The position numbers were made by a program, and so were the translations under genes. This document shows positions 38,305 to 51,689 of a stretch of 64,000 nt of DNA, in pieces. The notes under the pieces are model-generated. The model did not search any database. It worked only from the letters and a program-made list of their open reading frames with translations, and had not been told where the DNA came from. Origin of the DNA: Malacoraja senta (lineage: Eukaryota); the NCBI GenBank assembly GCA_038087875.1, contig CM075988.1, forward strand, positions 3,658,001 through 3,722,000, written 5' to 3'. Position 1 is the stretch's first letter; each line of letters starts with the position of its first letter.

Positions 38305-40136
38305 CTGTGGGAGCAGGCAATATCATGGTTAGTTGTGGCTGAGGAAGTAAGAAGTTCATACGTTTACAAATGTTACACCTGAGCTACAAGTTCATAAATT
38401 TATACGTCGTGGGAGCAAACTTCTGCCATTAGGCCCATCATGTCTGCTCCTCCATTCAATCATGGCTGATCTAGTTTGAGTTTAAGTTTGAGTTGAGTTT
38501 ATTGTCATGTGTACTGAGGTGCAGTGAAAAGCTTTTGTTGCTTGCGAACCAGACTATCATTCCCACTCAACCCCATTCTCCTGCCTTCTCCCTATGACCT
38601 TTGACACCATACTAATGAAGAACCTGTCAATCTCCTCTTTCAAAATACCTACTGACTTGGCCTCCACAGCCGTCTGTGGCAATGAATTCCATAGATTCAC
38701 CATCCTCTGGCTAAAGAAATTCCTATGCATCTCCTTTCAAAAGGTACGTCCATTTATTTTGAGTTCACGGGTTCTAAATCCAAGATGTGGGTGCATTATC
38801 TCAATGGCAGTGGTTGATCGGTGAAAGAGGAAGGAAAAGTCGATGTTTAGGTTTCGATTTATTATTGTCACGTGTAACAAGGTACAGTGAAAAGCTTTGT
38901 TTTGCACGCTATCCCAACAAGTCAGATATACCTACCATATACATGTACCTTCAGGTCAAACTCAAGTACAGTAGATAGCGCCAAAGGGAAGATGCAGAAT
39001 ATAGTTCATAGCTTTGTGGCGCATTAGTTCCACACACACGTCCAATGTCCGCAAAGGGGTAGAGGTGAATTGGACTGTACCCTAGCTTAGAGTCATAGAG
39101 TGATACATCATGGAAACAGGCCCTTTGGCCCAACTTGCCCACACCGGCCAACATGTCCCAGCTACACTTGTCCCACCTGCCTGCATTTGGCCCATATCCC
39201 TCCAAACCTGTCCTATCCATATACCTGTCTAACTATTTCTTTAACGTTGGGATAGTCCCAGCCTCAACTACCTCCTCTGGCAGCTCGTTCCATACACCCA
39301 CCACCCTTTGTGTGAAAAAGTTACCCCTCAGATTCCTATAAAATCTCTCCCCCTTCACCTTAAACCTATGTCCTCTTGTCCTCGATTCACCTACTCTGGG
39401 CAAGGGACTGTGCATCCACCCGATCTATTCCTCACTTATGGAAGGACTGTTCAGAAACCTGATAACAGGGGGGAGGGAGTAAGCTGCTCTTGAGTCTAGT
39501 GGTGTGAGAGGGAGTTCATGGCTAGCAAAAAAACCTTGAATAAAAACAATACCAAAATGCAATCTAATGTAAGAGAAAAAAATAGTGTCTTGTGTTTCCA
39601 GTGTTTACATATGCATCATGTATGAGGAAGACCCTAAATATAGTGGAGTTATACCTTGCCTGCATAAGTAAATTAACAGAACAGCAGCTTACAGAAGATG
39701 CATTATTGCATGCAATGACTCCCAACTAATTTGCAGTTTTTGGATAGTAAAATGCATCGTGTCATATATAATACAAACTGGATTAAAAGAATATCCTGCA
39801 AATGTACACATGCCAAACACGATGCAACATACCAAATGTCCCAAATCAAAGCAAAAGGCACAGAGCAGCATAATGGTGTCTCATAAGATCATAGGTGATA
39901 GGAGCAGAATTGGGCCATTCGGCCCAAGCCTACTCCGCCATTCAATTATGGCTGATCTTTCTCTCCTTCCTAACCCCATTCTCTTGCCGTCTCCCCATAA
40001 CCCCTGACACCCGTACTAATCAAGAATCTGTCTATTCTACTTCTACAGATGCTGCCTGGTCTGCTGAGTATTTCCAACAGTTTTTATATTCGAGTTCCAG
40101 CAACTATAGTTCTTTGACTTTTGTAAAAGATCCCAT

Positions 40137-40775
40137 GGGTGGCACAGTGGTGCAGCTGGTACAGCTGCTGCCTCATAGCGCCAGAGCCTTGGGTTCAATC
40201 CAGAACCTGCTTAGAGGTTGTCTCTCTGCATGGAGTTTGCACGTTCTCCCTTTACTGTAGTTCAGTTTAGTTTAGAGAAACAGCACAGAAACAGGCCCTT
40301 CGGCCCCACCGAGTCTACACCGACCAGCAATCCCCGCACATTAACACAATCCTACACACTAGGGATAATTTACAATTTACACATACCAGTCAATTAACCT
40401 GCAAACTTTGGAGTGTGGGAGGAAACCGAAGATCTCGGAGAAAACCGACGCGATCACGGGGAGAACATACAAGCTCCGTACAGACAGCACCCGTGGTTGG
40501 GATCGAACCCGGGTCTCGGGCACTGCGAGCGCTGTAAGGCAGCAACTCTACCGCTGCGCCACCGTGCTGCCCATGTTTGACCATGTGGGTTTCCTCAAGG
40601 GGTCACGTGTAACAAGGTTTCCTCCCACATCCCAAAACTGCGTGAGAGTGGAGGTTTATGGGCCCCTCGTGTGTAAGGAGAGGATGCAACTATGGGATTA
40701 GTGATCAGGTGATCGATGGTCAGTGTGAAATCGGCGGGCTGAAGGGCCTGTTTCCATGCTGTATTGTTCAATCAA
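40137..40775. mobile_element. Nested V-SINEs (minus copy inside a plus copy)
   Basis: Plus-strand head 40137-40250, minus copy ~40255-40570, plus-strand body resumes ~40575. Confidence 0.75.
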
Positions 40776-41305
40776 TCACATGTAATATTGGTTGAGAATA
40801 ATAATTGTTACTTTGAGATTCCCACCACTTTAAGGATTTTGTCATATCGAAGTTTGAAAACGCATACCTCTAGATTCAGAGATAGTAATTAAGCAACTGA
40901 GTTGTCCTCTCACCAACTAGAGAGCGGTCCTGACCTCCCATCCACCTATGGAAGACCTTTGAATGATCTTTAATTGGATTTTACTGGACTTTATCTTGCA
41001 CTAAATGTTATTCCCTTTATCCTCTATCTGTACACTGTGGACTGTGGATTGTAATCATGTACGGTCTTTTTGCTGATTGGACACAAAAGATTTAGTTTAA
41101 TAATAATAAATGACAATAATAAACTAAACTAAACTGAACTGAACCAAACAACTTCCTTGGCAATGTTTATATAAGTCCTACAGACCATTTGTAAAGAGTA
41201 TTTTTGTTTGAGCTATTTCGTTCTCCTGTATATTAGTCTGTGTACTTTGCTGTGGCCTTTGTTAGAGGTTGCAGACCCACTGAACACACATACACTGCAG
41301 CATTA

Positions 41306-41893
41306 TGGGCCTGTCCCACTTAGGCGACTTTTTTGGTCGACTGCAAGAGACTCTGTGGTCGTCACATGTTCGTGGGTAGTTGCCGGGGAGTCGCCTTCAT
41401 GGTCGTGAGGAGTTCCCGCATTCTGGGAACTGGTCGCGGCCTCATTATGGTCGCTGTGAATGTTTCAACATGTTGAAAAATTACCGCCGACTAGAATGAA
41501 GCTGCCATGGAGAGTAGCGAGAATTCTCGTGCCGTAGGTGAGTCGCCAGGAGGTCCTAGTGGGTTGCCAGGAGGTCGAAGGTTCTCGTGAGTTGTAGCCG
41601 GTGCTGACCGGTGAATTTCATTGGCTCATTGGGAAAAAAAGACGTAAGCGGTAGTTTTCAGAACCAAGGATAACCGACCGGTAATGTTAAATGTCCACCG
41701 AGCTTCACAGCCGTGTATCTCCAGCTTCTTAAAAATTGTCTCCACTCCTTCTCCCCCCATCTATCACATTGGCTTTGCACCGTGTGAATTTCACTCAGAC
41801 AGCGCTCCCCCCACTTGCCCTGTCCCCCGCCTGCATATTGGAAGCGATGTGTGTGTGTGTGTGTTCCACTCTGACAGTCGCCTGAAAGGCCCA
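41306..41893. mobile_element. Harbinger-type MITE
   Basis: tta|tgggcctgtcccacttaggcgac ... gtcgcctgaaaggccca|tta. Confidence 0.8.
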
Positions 41894-42409
41894 TTAGTTT
41901 GCAGGCAAGCAGGGAAATATCCATGGCAATATTAATCCCCCGACCGACGTCATTGGAACAGATTATTTCTTTGCTGTCTATGGAAATGCTGATGTTAAAC
42001 TCACACCTCCAGATTCAGGAACAGTTTTTTCCCAGCTGTTATCAGGCAACTGAATCATCCCACCACAACCAGAGAGTAGTGCTGAACTACTATCTACCTC
42101 ATCGGACTATCCTTTGCTGGCTTTACCTTGCACTAAACATTATTCCCTTATCATGTTGCTACTGTATACACTGTAAATGGCTTGATTGTAATCATGTTTT
42201 GTATTACTGCTGACTGAACAGCATTGTACAACAGCTTTGCACTGTACCTCGGTACACGTGACAATAAACTCAACTGAGAAACTGCTTGTTTTATTACGGG
42301 GAGGGGCATTTTGTTGGCTGTAATGTGCTTTGGGATATCCCAGAGTTATGAAAGTCACGGTACAATGCTGGTCTTTTGTTCGTCATGATGCCTGCAGGTA
42401 GCATGATAG

Positions 42410-43222
42410 AAGAGAGATCGAGCAACTGTCCATATGGTGCCAGCACAATAACCTGGCCCTCAACACGAGCAAAACCAAGGAACTGATTGTGGACTTTGGA
42501 AGGAGTAGGATGGGGACCCACAGTCCCGTTTATATTAACGGGTCGATGGTTGAAAGGGTCAAGAGCTTCAAATTCCTGGGCGTGCACATCTCTGAAGATC
42601 TTTCCTGGTCCGTGAACACTGATGCCATTATTAAGAAAGCACATCAGCGCCTCTACTTCCTGAGAAGATTACGGAGAGTCGGTTTGTCAAGGAGGACTCT
42701 CTCTAACTTCTACAGGTGCACAGTAGAGAGCATGCTGACCGGTTGCATCATGGCTTGGTTCGGCAACTTGAGCGCCCTGGAGAGGAAAAGACTACAAAAA
42801 GTAGTAAACACTGCCCAGTCCATCATCGGCTTTGACCTCCCATCCATCGAGGGGATCTATCGCAGTCGCTGCCTCAAAAAGGCTGGCAGTATCATCAAGG
42901 ACCCACACCATCCTGGCCACACACTCATCTCCCTACTACCTTCAGGTAGAAGGTACAGGAGCCTGAAGACTGCAACGACCAGGTTCAGGAATAGCTACTT
43001 CCCCACAGCCATCTGACTATTAAACCTGGCTCGGACATAACACTGAACATTATTAGCCAATACTGTTATTTGCACTTTATCAGTATATTGATTCATGTGT
43101 GTATATATTTATAGAATGCCTTATAGTCAATGCCTACTATGTTCTGTTGTGCTGAAGCAAAGCAAGAATTTCATTGTCCTATCAGGGACACATGACAATA
43201 AACTCACTTGACACTTGACTTG
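42410..43222 (+). mobile_element. Rex1/Babar LINE 3' fragment
   Basis: VERVKSFKFLGVHISEDLSW...KKAHQRLYFLRRL...[10 protein letters not shown]; tail gacaataaactcacttgac. Confidence 0.88.
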
Positions 43223-44103
43223 AGGTATATCACGCACACACTGGAACAGTGGGCAGAATAGGAGAGCAATGGTCACAGATTCATAGAGGCACAGAGTGAT
43301 ACAGTGTGGAAACAGGAGAGGTTGACTTCCACCAGAGGCATGTCCATCACCATTTCACTCAGTCTCACGTGACCTGATTTTTATTTTATATTTCCAGATT
43401 CTGCAGTATTTTGCTTTTGCATGTATTTAAGTTTTAGTCATCGAGTGATACAGCGTGGAAACAGGCCCTTCGGCCCAACTAGCCCACACTGGCCAACATG
43501 TCCCAGCTCCACTAGTCCTACCTGTCTGCGTTTGGCTCATATCCCTCCAAACCTGTCCAATCCATTTAGCATACTATCCATGTAGCAATGGTGATTAGGT
43601 GATGCTGTTCAGAGACAAGAGACATGAGAGAAGAGTGCTGAAAAATATACGGAGGTGGAATCCTGGAAAATCTTCCACCGGATCCGGATTGTTACACGCT
43701 CTAGGATGAAGTTAATCTATTTTAGTTTAGTTTAGAGATACAGCACGGAAACAGGCCTTTCAGCTCACCGAGTCCGCACCGACCAACGATCCCCGCACAC
43801 TAACACTATCCTACACACCAGAAACAATTTACAATTCTACCAAGCCAATTAGCCTACAAACCTGTGCGTCCTTGGAGTGTGAGAGGAAACTGGAGCACCC
43901 GGGGAAAACCCATGCGGTCACAGGGAGAACGTACAAACACTGTACAAACAGCAACTCTACCACTGCACCACCACAAATTAAGTGATTGTCCAAAGAGGAA
44001 AGAAACACTGTTATAAGAACAGAACAAAATGCTGAAATACCCAGCTGATCAGGCAGCATTTATGGAGAAAGAACAAAAATGGAGTTAACGTGTTTACTGG
44101 TAC

Positions 44104-44872
44104 TTCTTCTTGCGTTTGAGGCAGCAGAGGTTATGTAACAGCCTCCAGGCTCTGTAGCCAGTTCAATGTACTGTTGTCGAGGGCCGTGAGGTCTACCCCT
44201 CCACCGGGGGGCGGAGGACAGTGCAGTCGAAAATGACGTGCTGCGCTGTTTGCTGGTCTGCTCCGCACACGCAGGCTGCTGACGAACGCAGCCCCCAGCG
44301 ATGCATGTTGGCGTTGAACCGGCCGACCCCTCTACGGAGCTGGTTCAGGGCGACCCACTCTTTGCGGGGCAGGTCCTAGCCAGGTGGGGCTGTGGTGTTC
44401 GGTGCAACTGTGAATTGCGGAGGTCGCGAAGTCTGTTCCCAGCTGGTTCTCCATGCTCCTAGTGTGTTGAAACCGGGGCCACAGAGGGTCGCTGCGTGAC
44501 GGGAGAAGGGGCGACGAGATGACAGACGTTGGGGTCCCAGTTGCTGTGAGTCCTGGGCGAGGTGGTGCAAAGGATGTTTGGCATCCGATGGGGCCTTGCA
44601 CACCAGCCTGTGGGTAAAATACTCTCTGCGAAGCTTGTCGGGTGCGATACCTGCGGGCACGGGCAGAAGATCCGTCGGAGTAGGGCGTAGGCAGCCGGTG
44701 ATGATCTGTATGGTATCGTTGAGGATGGCGTCTAGGTTGCTAGTATGAGCGCTGTGGCACCATGCTGGGCCGGCGTACTCAGCGGTGCTGTACACGAGTG
44801 CAAGAGCACTGGTTCGGAGAGTAGATGCCCTGGTGCCCCATGACGATCCAGCCAAGCAACGCAGGAGGTTAC
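44104..44872 (-). mobile_element. Vingi/Ingi-like LINE 3' fragment
   Basis: LAGSSWGTRASTLRTSALALVYSTAEYAGPAW...ITGCLRPTP...AGIAP motif typical of Vingi; (AAG)n tail. Confidence 0.8.
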
Positions 44873-44989
44873 AGGTTGATAACCTATCATCAGAACTGGC
44901 CGGGTTCTCATACAAACTGGACAGGTTGGGTATCTGACATTATTGAATACAGCGATGTGAGCTCCGATCTCTCTCATGCACTCAGATGT

Positions 44990-46140
44990 AAAATAGGGCT
45001 GCTCGAATTTATCCAAGGCTTCTTGTTGGAAGGGTGCAAGAGTCCAAGGTGGTGGGATTGTGGAGCTCTGAGAGGGAGGTATGAGGGTGGGAATGGATGG
45101 AGATTGAAATGACCAACTGGAAGCCCATGAATCATGTATGTGGACTGAACAGCGGGATTCAGCAATGCAGTTACAACTGTATGTTTGGTTTCTCTACTGT
45201 AGAAGAGGCCACATTGTGAGCATTGAATGCATTTCATTAGATTGGATGTGGTGTGAGTGGATCACTGCTTCAGGACTGCTTGAGACCCTGAGGAGTTGGA
45301 AGGGAGAAAGTAAAAGGGGAAGTGTTGTATCGCTTGCAGGTACATAGGAAGGTGCCACAACGACGTGACTGGGTGCTGCTGAAGATGGAGCAACAAACCA
45401 GTGAATGCTAAAGGGGGAGAGGAAATGGTGGTGAAGGTGATGGACATTATGGAGGAGATCTATTGAATGTGGAGGCTTGTGGGGTAGTGAGGACCAGGGG
45501 AACCCACTCCATGTTCCAAGTGGAAGTAGGGAGGGTGAGAACAGTAGTGAGGGGATGGAACCGACATGGGGAAGATGTCCATTGGTGGGGTCATGGAGCA
45601 GATGGTACGCGAAGCTCTCAGAGAAATGGCATTCAGCATCTGCAAAGCCGAGATCAAGCCACCAAATCACAATGGCACCACCCTTATCAGCAGGGCTAGT
45701 GACAATGCTGACGTTGGTCCTTGGTGAGCTGAGTGTGGTAGGTAGAGAGAGAAGTCGTTTAGAGCAAGGGCTGTGGAAAATGGATGCTGGTGTTACATCG
45801 GTAATTTGTGTGAACGGATCAATAGGGAGTAAGGAGTGAAGTGAAGACACCAAGAGTGTAATTGACCATGGAGAAAGGTCCCCTCTCTGGCTGGAGATGT
45901 AGACACAGATGTGAGGGAGCATCACATGGTCATCATGTATTGAGATGAGGACCGGGGCAATAAATCTGTGGAAGACTAATCACCTGGGATCAGGGTGGAG
46001 AAGATCGGGAGAGTAAGGCAAGACATGGCAAGAAGTGGGACTGGGAGTAGAGAGATGTGATTGGGGAAACTGAAGGAGGAGGATTGCAGGGCGCAAACCT
46101 TGATTTGTGAATGGAAGAGAAGATGTTCCATTTCATGGAG
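44990..46140 (-). mobile_element. Old degraded Penelope-like element
   Basis: PADKGGAIVIW motif of Penelope-like RT N-terminal region and degenerate endonuclease-like sequence near 45000-45300. Confidence 0.65.
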
Positions 46141-46867
46141 AGGGAACAAAAAGCCATATGGACCAAATGTGGGCAAATTAGGCCAGCTTAGACTAGGTGG
46201 CATGGATGAGTAGGGCCAACTGGCTTCTTTCCTGCTGTAATTATTGAGACAGGGTGGATCAGTATTGTGTGCAGAGAGGGTGCGCAAGAAGACACATCTG
46301 GTGATGAATGGCATTCAGCGTGGGTCTCAGATCCCATCATGATTATCCCAAAGGTGAAGTGTGGAAATTCGATTGGGATCATTCTCAGCCACACACATTC
46401 GCTAATAAGAGAAGCAAGTGTGAGTCAACATCTTATTAAAGAACAAGTGGGTGTTGGAGGCAGGTGCTCTCTCACCATCTAACAAGTACCTACATCATAA
46501 AGGCACAGAAGATTGACATAAACGATGACTATGGATGAGTGCGTGATGGTTAGCATGGACATAGTGGGACAAAGGGCCCATTTACAAACTGTATCACACT
46601 GTGACGGTAAGAAGGGAAACAGAAGCCATTGAGGGTGTGTGCAGGAAGGACCTGCAGATGCTGGTTTACACCAAAGATAGACAGAAAATGCTGGAGTAAG
46701 TCAGCGGGACAGGCAGCATCTCTGGGTAGAAGGAATGGACAACATTTTGGGTTGAGACCCTTCTTCAGACTGAGCGTCAGGGGAGAGGGAAACACAGAGA
46801 TATGAAAGGGTGAGGTGTGAAAACGAGAGATGAAAGGGGACTCTCTCTGTCCCTGCCCCTCTCATTG

Positions 46868-47312
46868 AAACATAGAAAATAGGTGCAGGAGTAGGCCATT
46901 CGGCCCTTCGAGATATGATCATGGCTGATCATCCAACAGTATCCCATCCCTGCCTTCTCTCCATACCCCCTGATCCCTTTAGGGCCACATCTAACTCCCT
47001 CTTAAATATAGCCAATGAACTGGCCTCAACTACCTTCTGTGGCAGAGAATTCCACAGATTCACCACTCTCTGTGTAAAAAATGATTTTCTCATCTCGGTC
47101 CTAAAAGACTTCCCTCTTATCCTTAAACTGTGACCCCTAGTTCTGGACTTCCCCAACATCGGTAATAATCTTCCTGCATCTAGCCTGTCCAACCCCTTAA
47201 GAATTTTGTAAGCTTCTATAAGATCCCCCCTCAATCTTCTAAAATCTAGCGAGTACAAGCCGAGTCTATCCAGTCTTTCTTCATATGAAAGTCCTGCCAT
47301 CCCAGGAATCAG
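46868..47312 (-). mobile_element. CR1 3' fragment
   Basis: LSYEERLDRLGLYSL...FFTQRVVNLWNSLP; highly similar to the 3' part of 34877-36870. Confidence 0.88.
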
Positions 47313-47693
47313 TCTCTCTCTCTCTCTCTGCCCCACTCTATGCCCCTCTCTCTCTGTCTCTGCCCCTCTCTCTCTCTCTCTCTGCCCCTCTCTCTCTGTA
47401 TCTGCCCTCTCGCTCCCTGTCTCTGCTGCACTCTCTCTCTCTGCCCTCTCTCTCTACCCCCCCTCCGTCTCCCTCTCTAGATGCGCCTACGAGTTGGGGG
47501 CTATGAGTGGTGCATAGGGCAGGGATGGGGGTAAAAGGAGCGAATGAATAATATTAGTATAATTTCAAGGGGGGTGGTTAGTGTGTGTGTGTGTGGGGGG
47601 GATGGTTAGTGTGTGTGTGATGCCGCAGGCCGCCACCCTCCCCCGCAACCACGCGTTGAGGGGACGGGACCCAACGGGTCCCACTTGGTCTCG
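47313..47693 (+). mobile_element. Helitron 3' fragment
   Basis: Same hairpin (gggacccaacgggtccc) followed by a degenerate CTAG (ctcg|t). Confidence 0.65.
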
Positions 47694-48214
47694 TATAATA
47701 TTAAAATTTAATCAGGACAGTCAGACTAGTCAGAGAACAAGGATGGGGAGGGATGGAGAGAGAGGGAAAGCAAAGGTTACTGAATGAGGGTAAGAAGGGT
47801 AGTTGAAGTAAAAAATAAATGTTAATCTCTTTGGAGAGAAGAACAAAGCAGCTTCAAGGTGGGTTGTGCTGAATGAGATCTTGGTGAATTAAAAAGCAAT
47901 TGGAAAACAAAAAGCTGCTGATGCTGGAAATCTGAAACAAGAACAAACAATTCTGGAAATACAGTTTCACTTTTCACAAAGGATAGCTGAATATTTCCTG
48001 CGTTTTCTGTTCTGATTTCACATTTTCGGTGTTTACGGTTTTCTAATTTTCAATTGCTGTTCTATGAATCCATCATGAAATCAGGTGGATAAAATGCTGA
48101 ACAGCTGATGAAGTACTTTGTACCAACTTGGTCTCTTGGCCAAAGTTGTCTTGATTTTCCCCACAGCCATATCCCATGAATAATGCACAAAAAATCACCT
48201 GAAATAGTTGTCAT

Positions 48215-48865
48215 TTTAGTTTTAGAGAGGCAGCATGGAAACAGGGCCTTCGGCCCGCCGAATCCACGCCTGACCATCGATCACACATTCACACAAATCC
48301 CCTGTTTCTCTGTTATCCCACCTGCTCATCCATTCAATATACATCAGGGATAATTTTACAGAGGCCAGTTCACCTACAAACCCGCACGTCTTTGGGATGT
48401 GGGAAGAAACTGGAGCATCTGGAGGAAACTCACATGGTTTAGTTTAGAGATACAGTGCGGGAGCAGGCCCTTTCGGCCCACCGGGTCCGCGCTGACCAGC
48501 GATCCCTGCACATTAACACTATCCTATACCCACTATGGACAATTTAAAAAAATACATTTACCAAGCCAATTAACCTGCAAACCTGTATGTCTTTGCAGTG
48601 TGGGAGGAAACTGAAGATCTTGGAGAAAACCCACAAAGGTCACGGGGAGAACGTACAAACTCTGTACAGACAGCACCCGTAGTCAGGATCGAGCCCGGGT
48701 CTCCGGCGCTGCATTCGCTGTAAGGCGGCAACTCTACCGCCGCGCCACCGTGTCGACCTTAGGGACAATGTGCAAACTCCACGCAGACAGCACCCGAGGT
48801 CAGGATCGAACCCGGATCTCTGGTGCTGTGAGGCAGCAGCTCTACCTGCTGCACTACTGTGCCGC
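48215..48865 (-). mobile_element. Nested V-SINEs
   Basis: Copy at ~48437-48752 interrupts an older same-strand copy. Confidence 0.75.
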
Positions 48866-49782
48866 ACCAGTGGTGAGAAATGAAACTTGGCTCAAGCATC
48901 GATTATCCTTACTCTTTAAATAATCTTTAATGTTCATAAAATAGGTAGAGAGGGAGTCGGTCTATCGCCACATCCAAGGGGTGGCAGCTCCACAGGGTAG
49001 AAATATCATGTCCTGCACTAGAGTATTAGCCTTCATTACAGCCACTCGCACCATATAAACCCACAATGTTTCAGGGTTAAAATCAATTCACACCATCCAA
49101 GTTAGACCCAGCACTTAAGAAGGGTCCCAACCGAAACATCACACATAGTCATAGAGTGAATCAGTGTGGAAACAGGCCCTTCGGCCCAACTTGCCCACAC
49201 CGGCCAACATGTCCCAGCTACACTAGTCCCACCTGCCTGCGTTTGGTCCATATCCCTCCAAACCTGTCCTATCCACGTACCTGTCTAACTGTTTCATAAA
49301 CATTGGGATAGTCCCAGCCTCAACTACCTCCTCTGGCAGCTTGTTCCATACACCCACCATCGTTTGTGTGAAAAGGTTATGCCTCAGATTCCTATTAAAT
49401 CTTTTCCCCTTCACCTTGAACCTTGATTCCCCAACTCTGGCCAAGTGCATCTACCTGATCTATTCCTCCCATCTTTTTTCTTGAGAGATGCTGCCTGACC
49501 CGTTGAGTTACTCCAGCACTTTGTGACTGCCTTCGGTATCTACCAGCATCTGCAGTTCCTTTCTAGACAAAGAGGCAGAAGGAAATACCCACTGGGAAAG
49601 TTCTCAAAGGCAATGTTAACAAGAGGAAAGGTGCATTCATTCCATTTGAGACAGAAGGGTGTAGGAAGTCTAGAATGTAAGCATGAGCAAAGCAAAGAGG
49701 TGCTCGGTGTTGGGTAGGTTTGCAAGGGACAAGGGTGGTATTGAGCGTATAACGATATAGTAACAAAGGTATTGTATTGAGA

Positions 49783-49925
49783 GGGGGGTGGGAGATTGCA
49801 ACCTTCATGTGGTCCGCCCTGTTTCGACAAATGCAATCAACCCGGTGTGCCCAATCAAATAAGATCAAATAGAACAAGTTGTCCGACAACTTTAGGCTAT
49901 GCACGCCATACACAAGAAGAAGAAG
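49783..49925 (+). mobile_element. Short non-autonomous Vingi-like retroelement
   Basis: G-rich start, (AAG)n tail, tattgaga TSD at 49775-49782 and 49926-49933; second copy at 63316-63456. Confidence 0.7.
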
Positions 49926-51689
49926 TATTGAGATGGGAGCACACAGGTCAAAGAAGGTCAAAAAGTCAGCCGATAATTGGATAGCCTCAATGGAGAGTAG
50001 ACGATGTGAACAATATTAAAGGGGTTAGAACAGATTAAGACAGAGCACCGGTTCTGAAGAAGGGTCCCGACCCAAAACATCACTTGTCCATTTCCTCCAG
50101 AGTTACTGCCTGACCCGTTGAGTTACTCCAGCATTTTGTATCTATCTTTGGTATAAACCAGCTTCTGTGGTTCCTTGTTATTACATTAGAATAGAAAAGC
50201 ATTGGGGGGTGAAGGGAAAGTGGCCGCCACTAAACGCAGTGAAGCAGGTATTTGGAGGGGTGAGTGTTGAAAGAAGTGATAATCTCTGGCAGATAACAAA
50301 TCTAATTACAGCCAAGTATCGAGAATGGAAAGAAAAGCAAATCTCTTGGATATTGTTTGCCTTCTGTGTTCCTTTGCTCAGTCTGACTTGTGGGATGACC
50401 AAGTTAATAGCAGAGAGATGAAGGATCACAAATGGGCGGCACGATGGCGCAGCGGTAGAGTTGCTGCCTTGCAGCGCCAGAGATCCTGACTACAGGTCAT
50501 GTCTGTACGTTCTCCCTGTGACCACGTGAGTTTTCTCCGGCTGCTCCGGTTTCCTCCCACAGTCGGTTAATTTGCTTTGGTAAAGATTGTAAATTGCCCC
50601 CAGTGTGTGTAGGATAGTGCTAGTGTATGGTGTGATCGCTGGTCATTGCCGACTCGGTGGGTTGAAGGGCCAGTTTCCACGCTGTACCTCGAAACTAAAC
50701 TGGAAACTAACATTTTCCCTTTTCTGAGTTAGCCAAATAATCTTGCTCTGTGTAGGAAGGAACTGCAGATGGTGGTGTAAACGGAAGATAGACACAGAAA
50801 TCAGGAGTAATTCAGCCGGACAGGCAGAAGCTCGAGAGAGAAGGAATGGGTGACATTTCTGGTCAAGACCCTTCTTCAGACTCAAATAGATGACATTTCT
50901 GAAGAAGGATCTCGACCCGAAAGGTTACCTATTGCTTCTGTCCAGAGATGCTGCCTGACCCGCTGAGTTAATCTTGCTCTGTTGGTGATTGACATTATCA
51001 CAGAGGGGAGATCCACTCCTCCTGTTCCCTACTCCCTACTCCCTCACTCCTACACTCACTACAGCCAGCAGCGACCATGGCTTTCTGGAAGAAGACCACC
51101 TCCCATTAGGAATAGTGCAAGGGGTCGTAGTTTCCACAAGTAATGCCTCACAATCTGTGACAATGCAGTTTGTCTGGTGTCCCTGACTCTTGAAAGGTGG
51201 GTTCCCAAAGTAGCAACAGCTTAGTTAAGAAGCTGCCAATTCTGTGAAAGAGAATTTTAGCGGCTTGCCCAGCTCCAGGCAACTGTCTGGTTGCACGGAC
51301 AAAACCAGCAACGTTTTGAACCATCATTGTGCTCGAGTTACTTTAGAAAGCACCGTAAATAACCACACTAAGCTGCATTAGCTCCCACATCAGAATAAAA
51401 GAACGTTGAAAACTCAGCCTTTACCTCTCAGCCTCTTAAGCTGCAGATCAAGGGCACAGGCAGGAATTCAAAACGTCACAAAGTTTAAATAGAGGGAAAC
51501 ATTTTAGGATTAACGTTAGATTGGTGTTAATGGGTGGGTGCTGGTCATGTGTAGTTCCGTCCTGTATCTCTCTAAAGGGACACACAGTGGTGCAGCTGGT
51601 AGAGCCATTGTCTCACAGCACCGGAGACCAGGGGTTCAACCCTGACCTCCAGTGCTGTCCGTGTGGAGTCTGCACGTTCTCCCTGAGAC

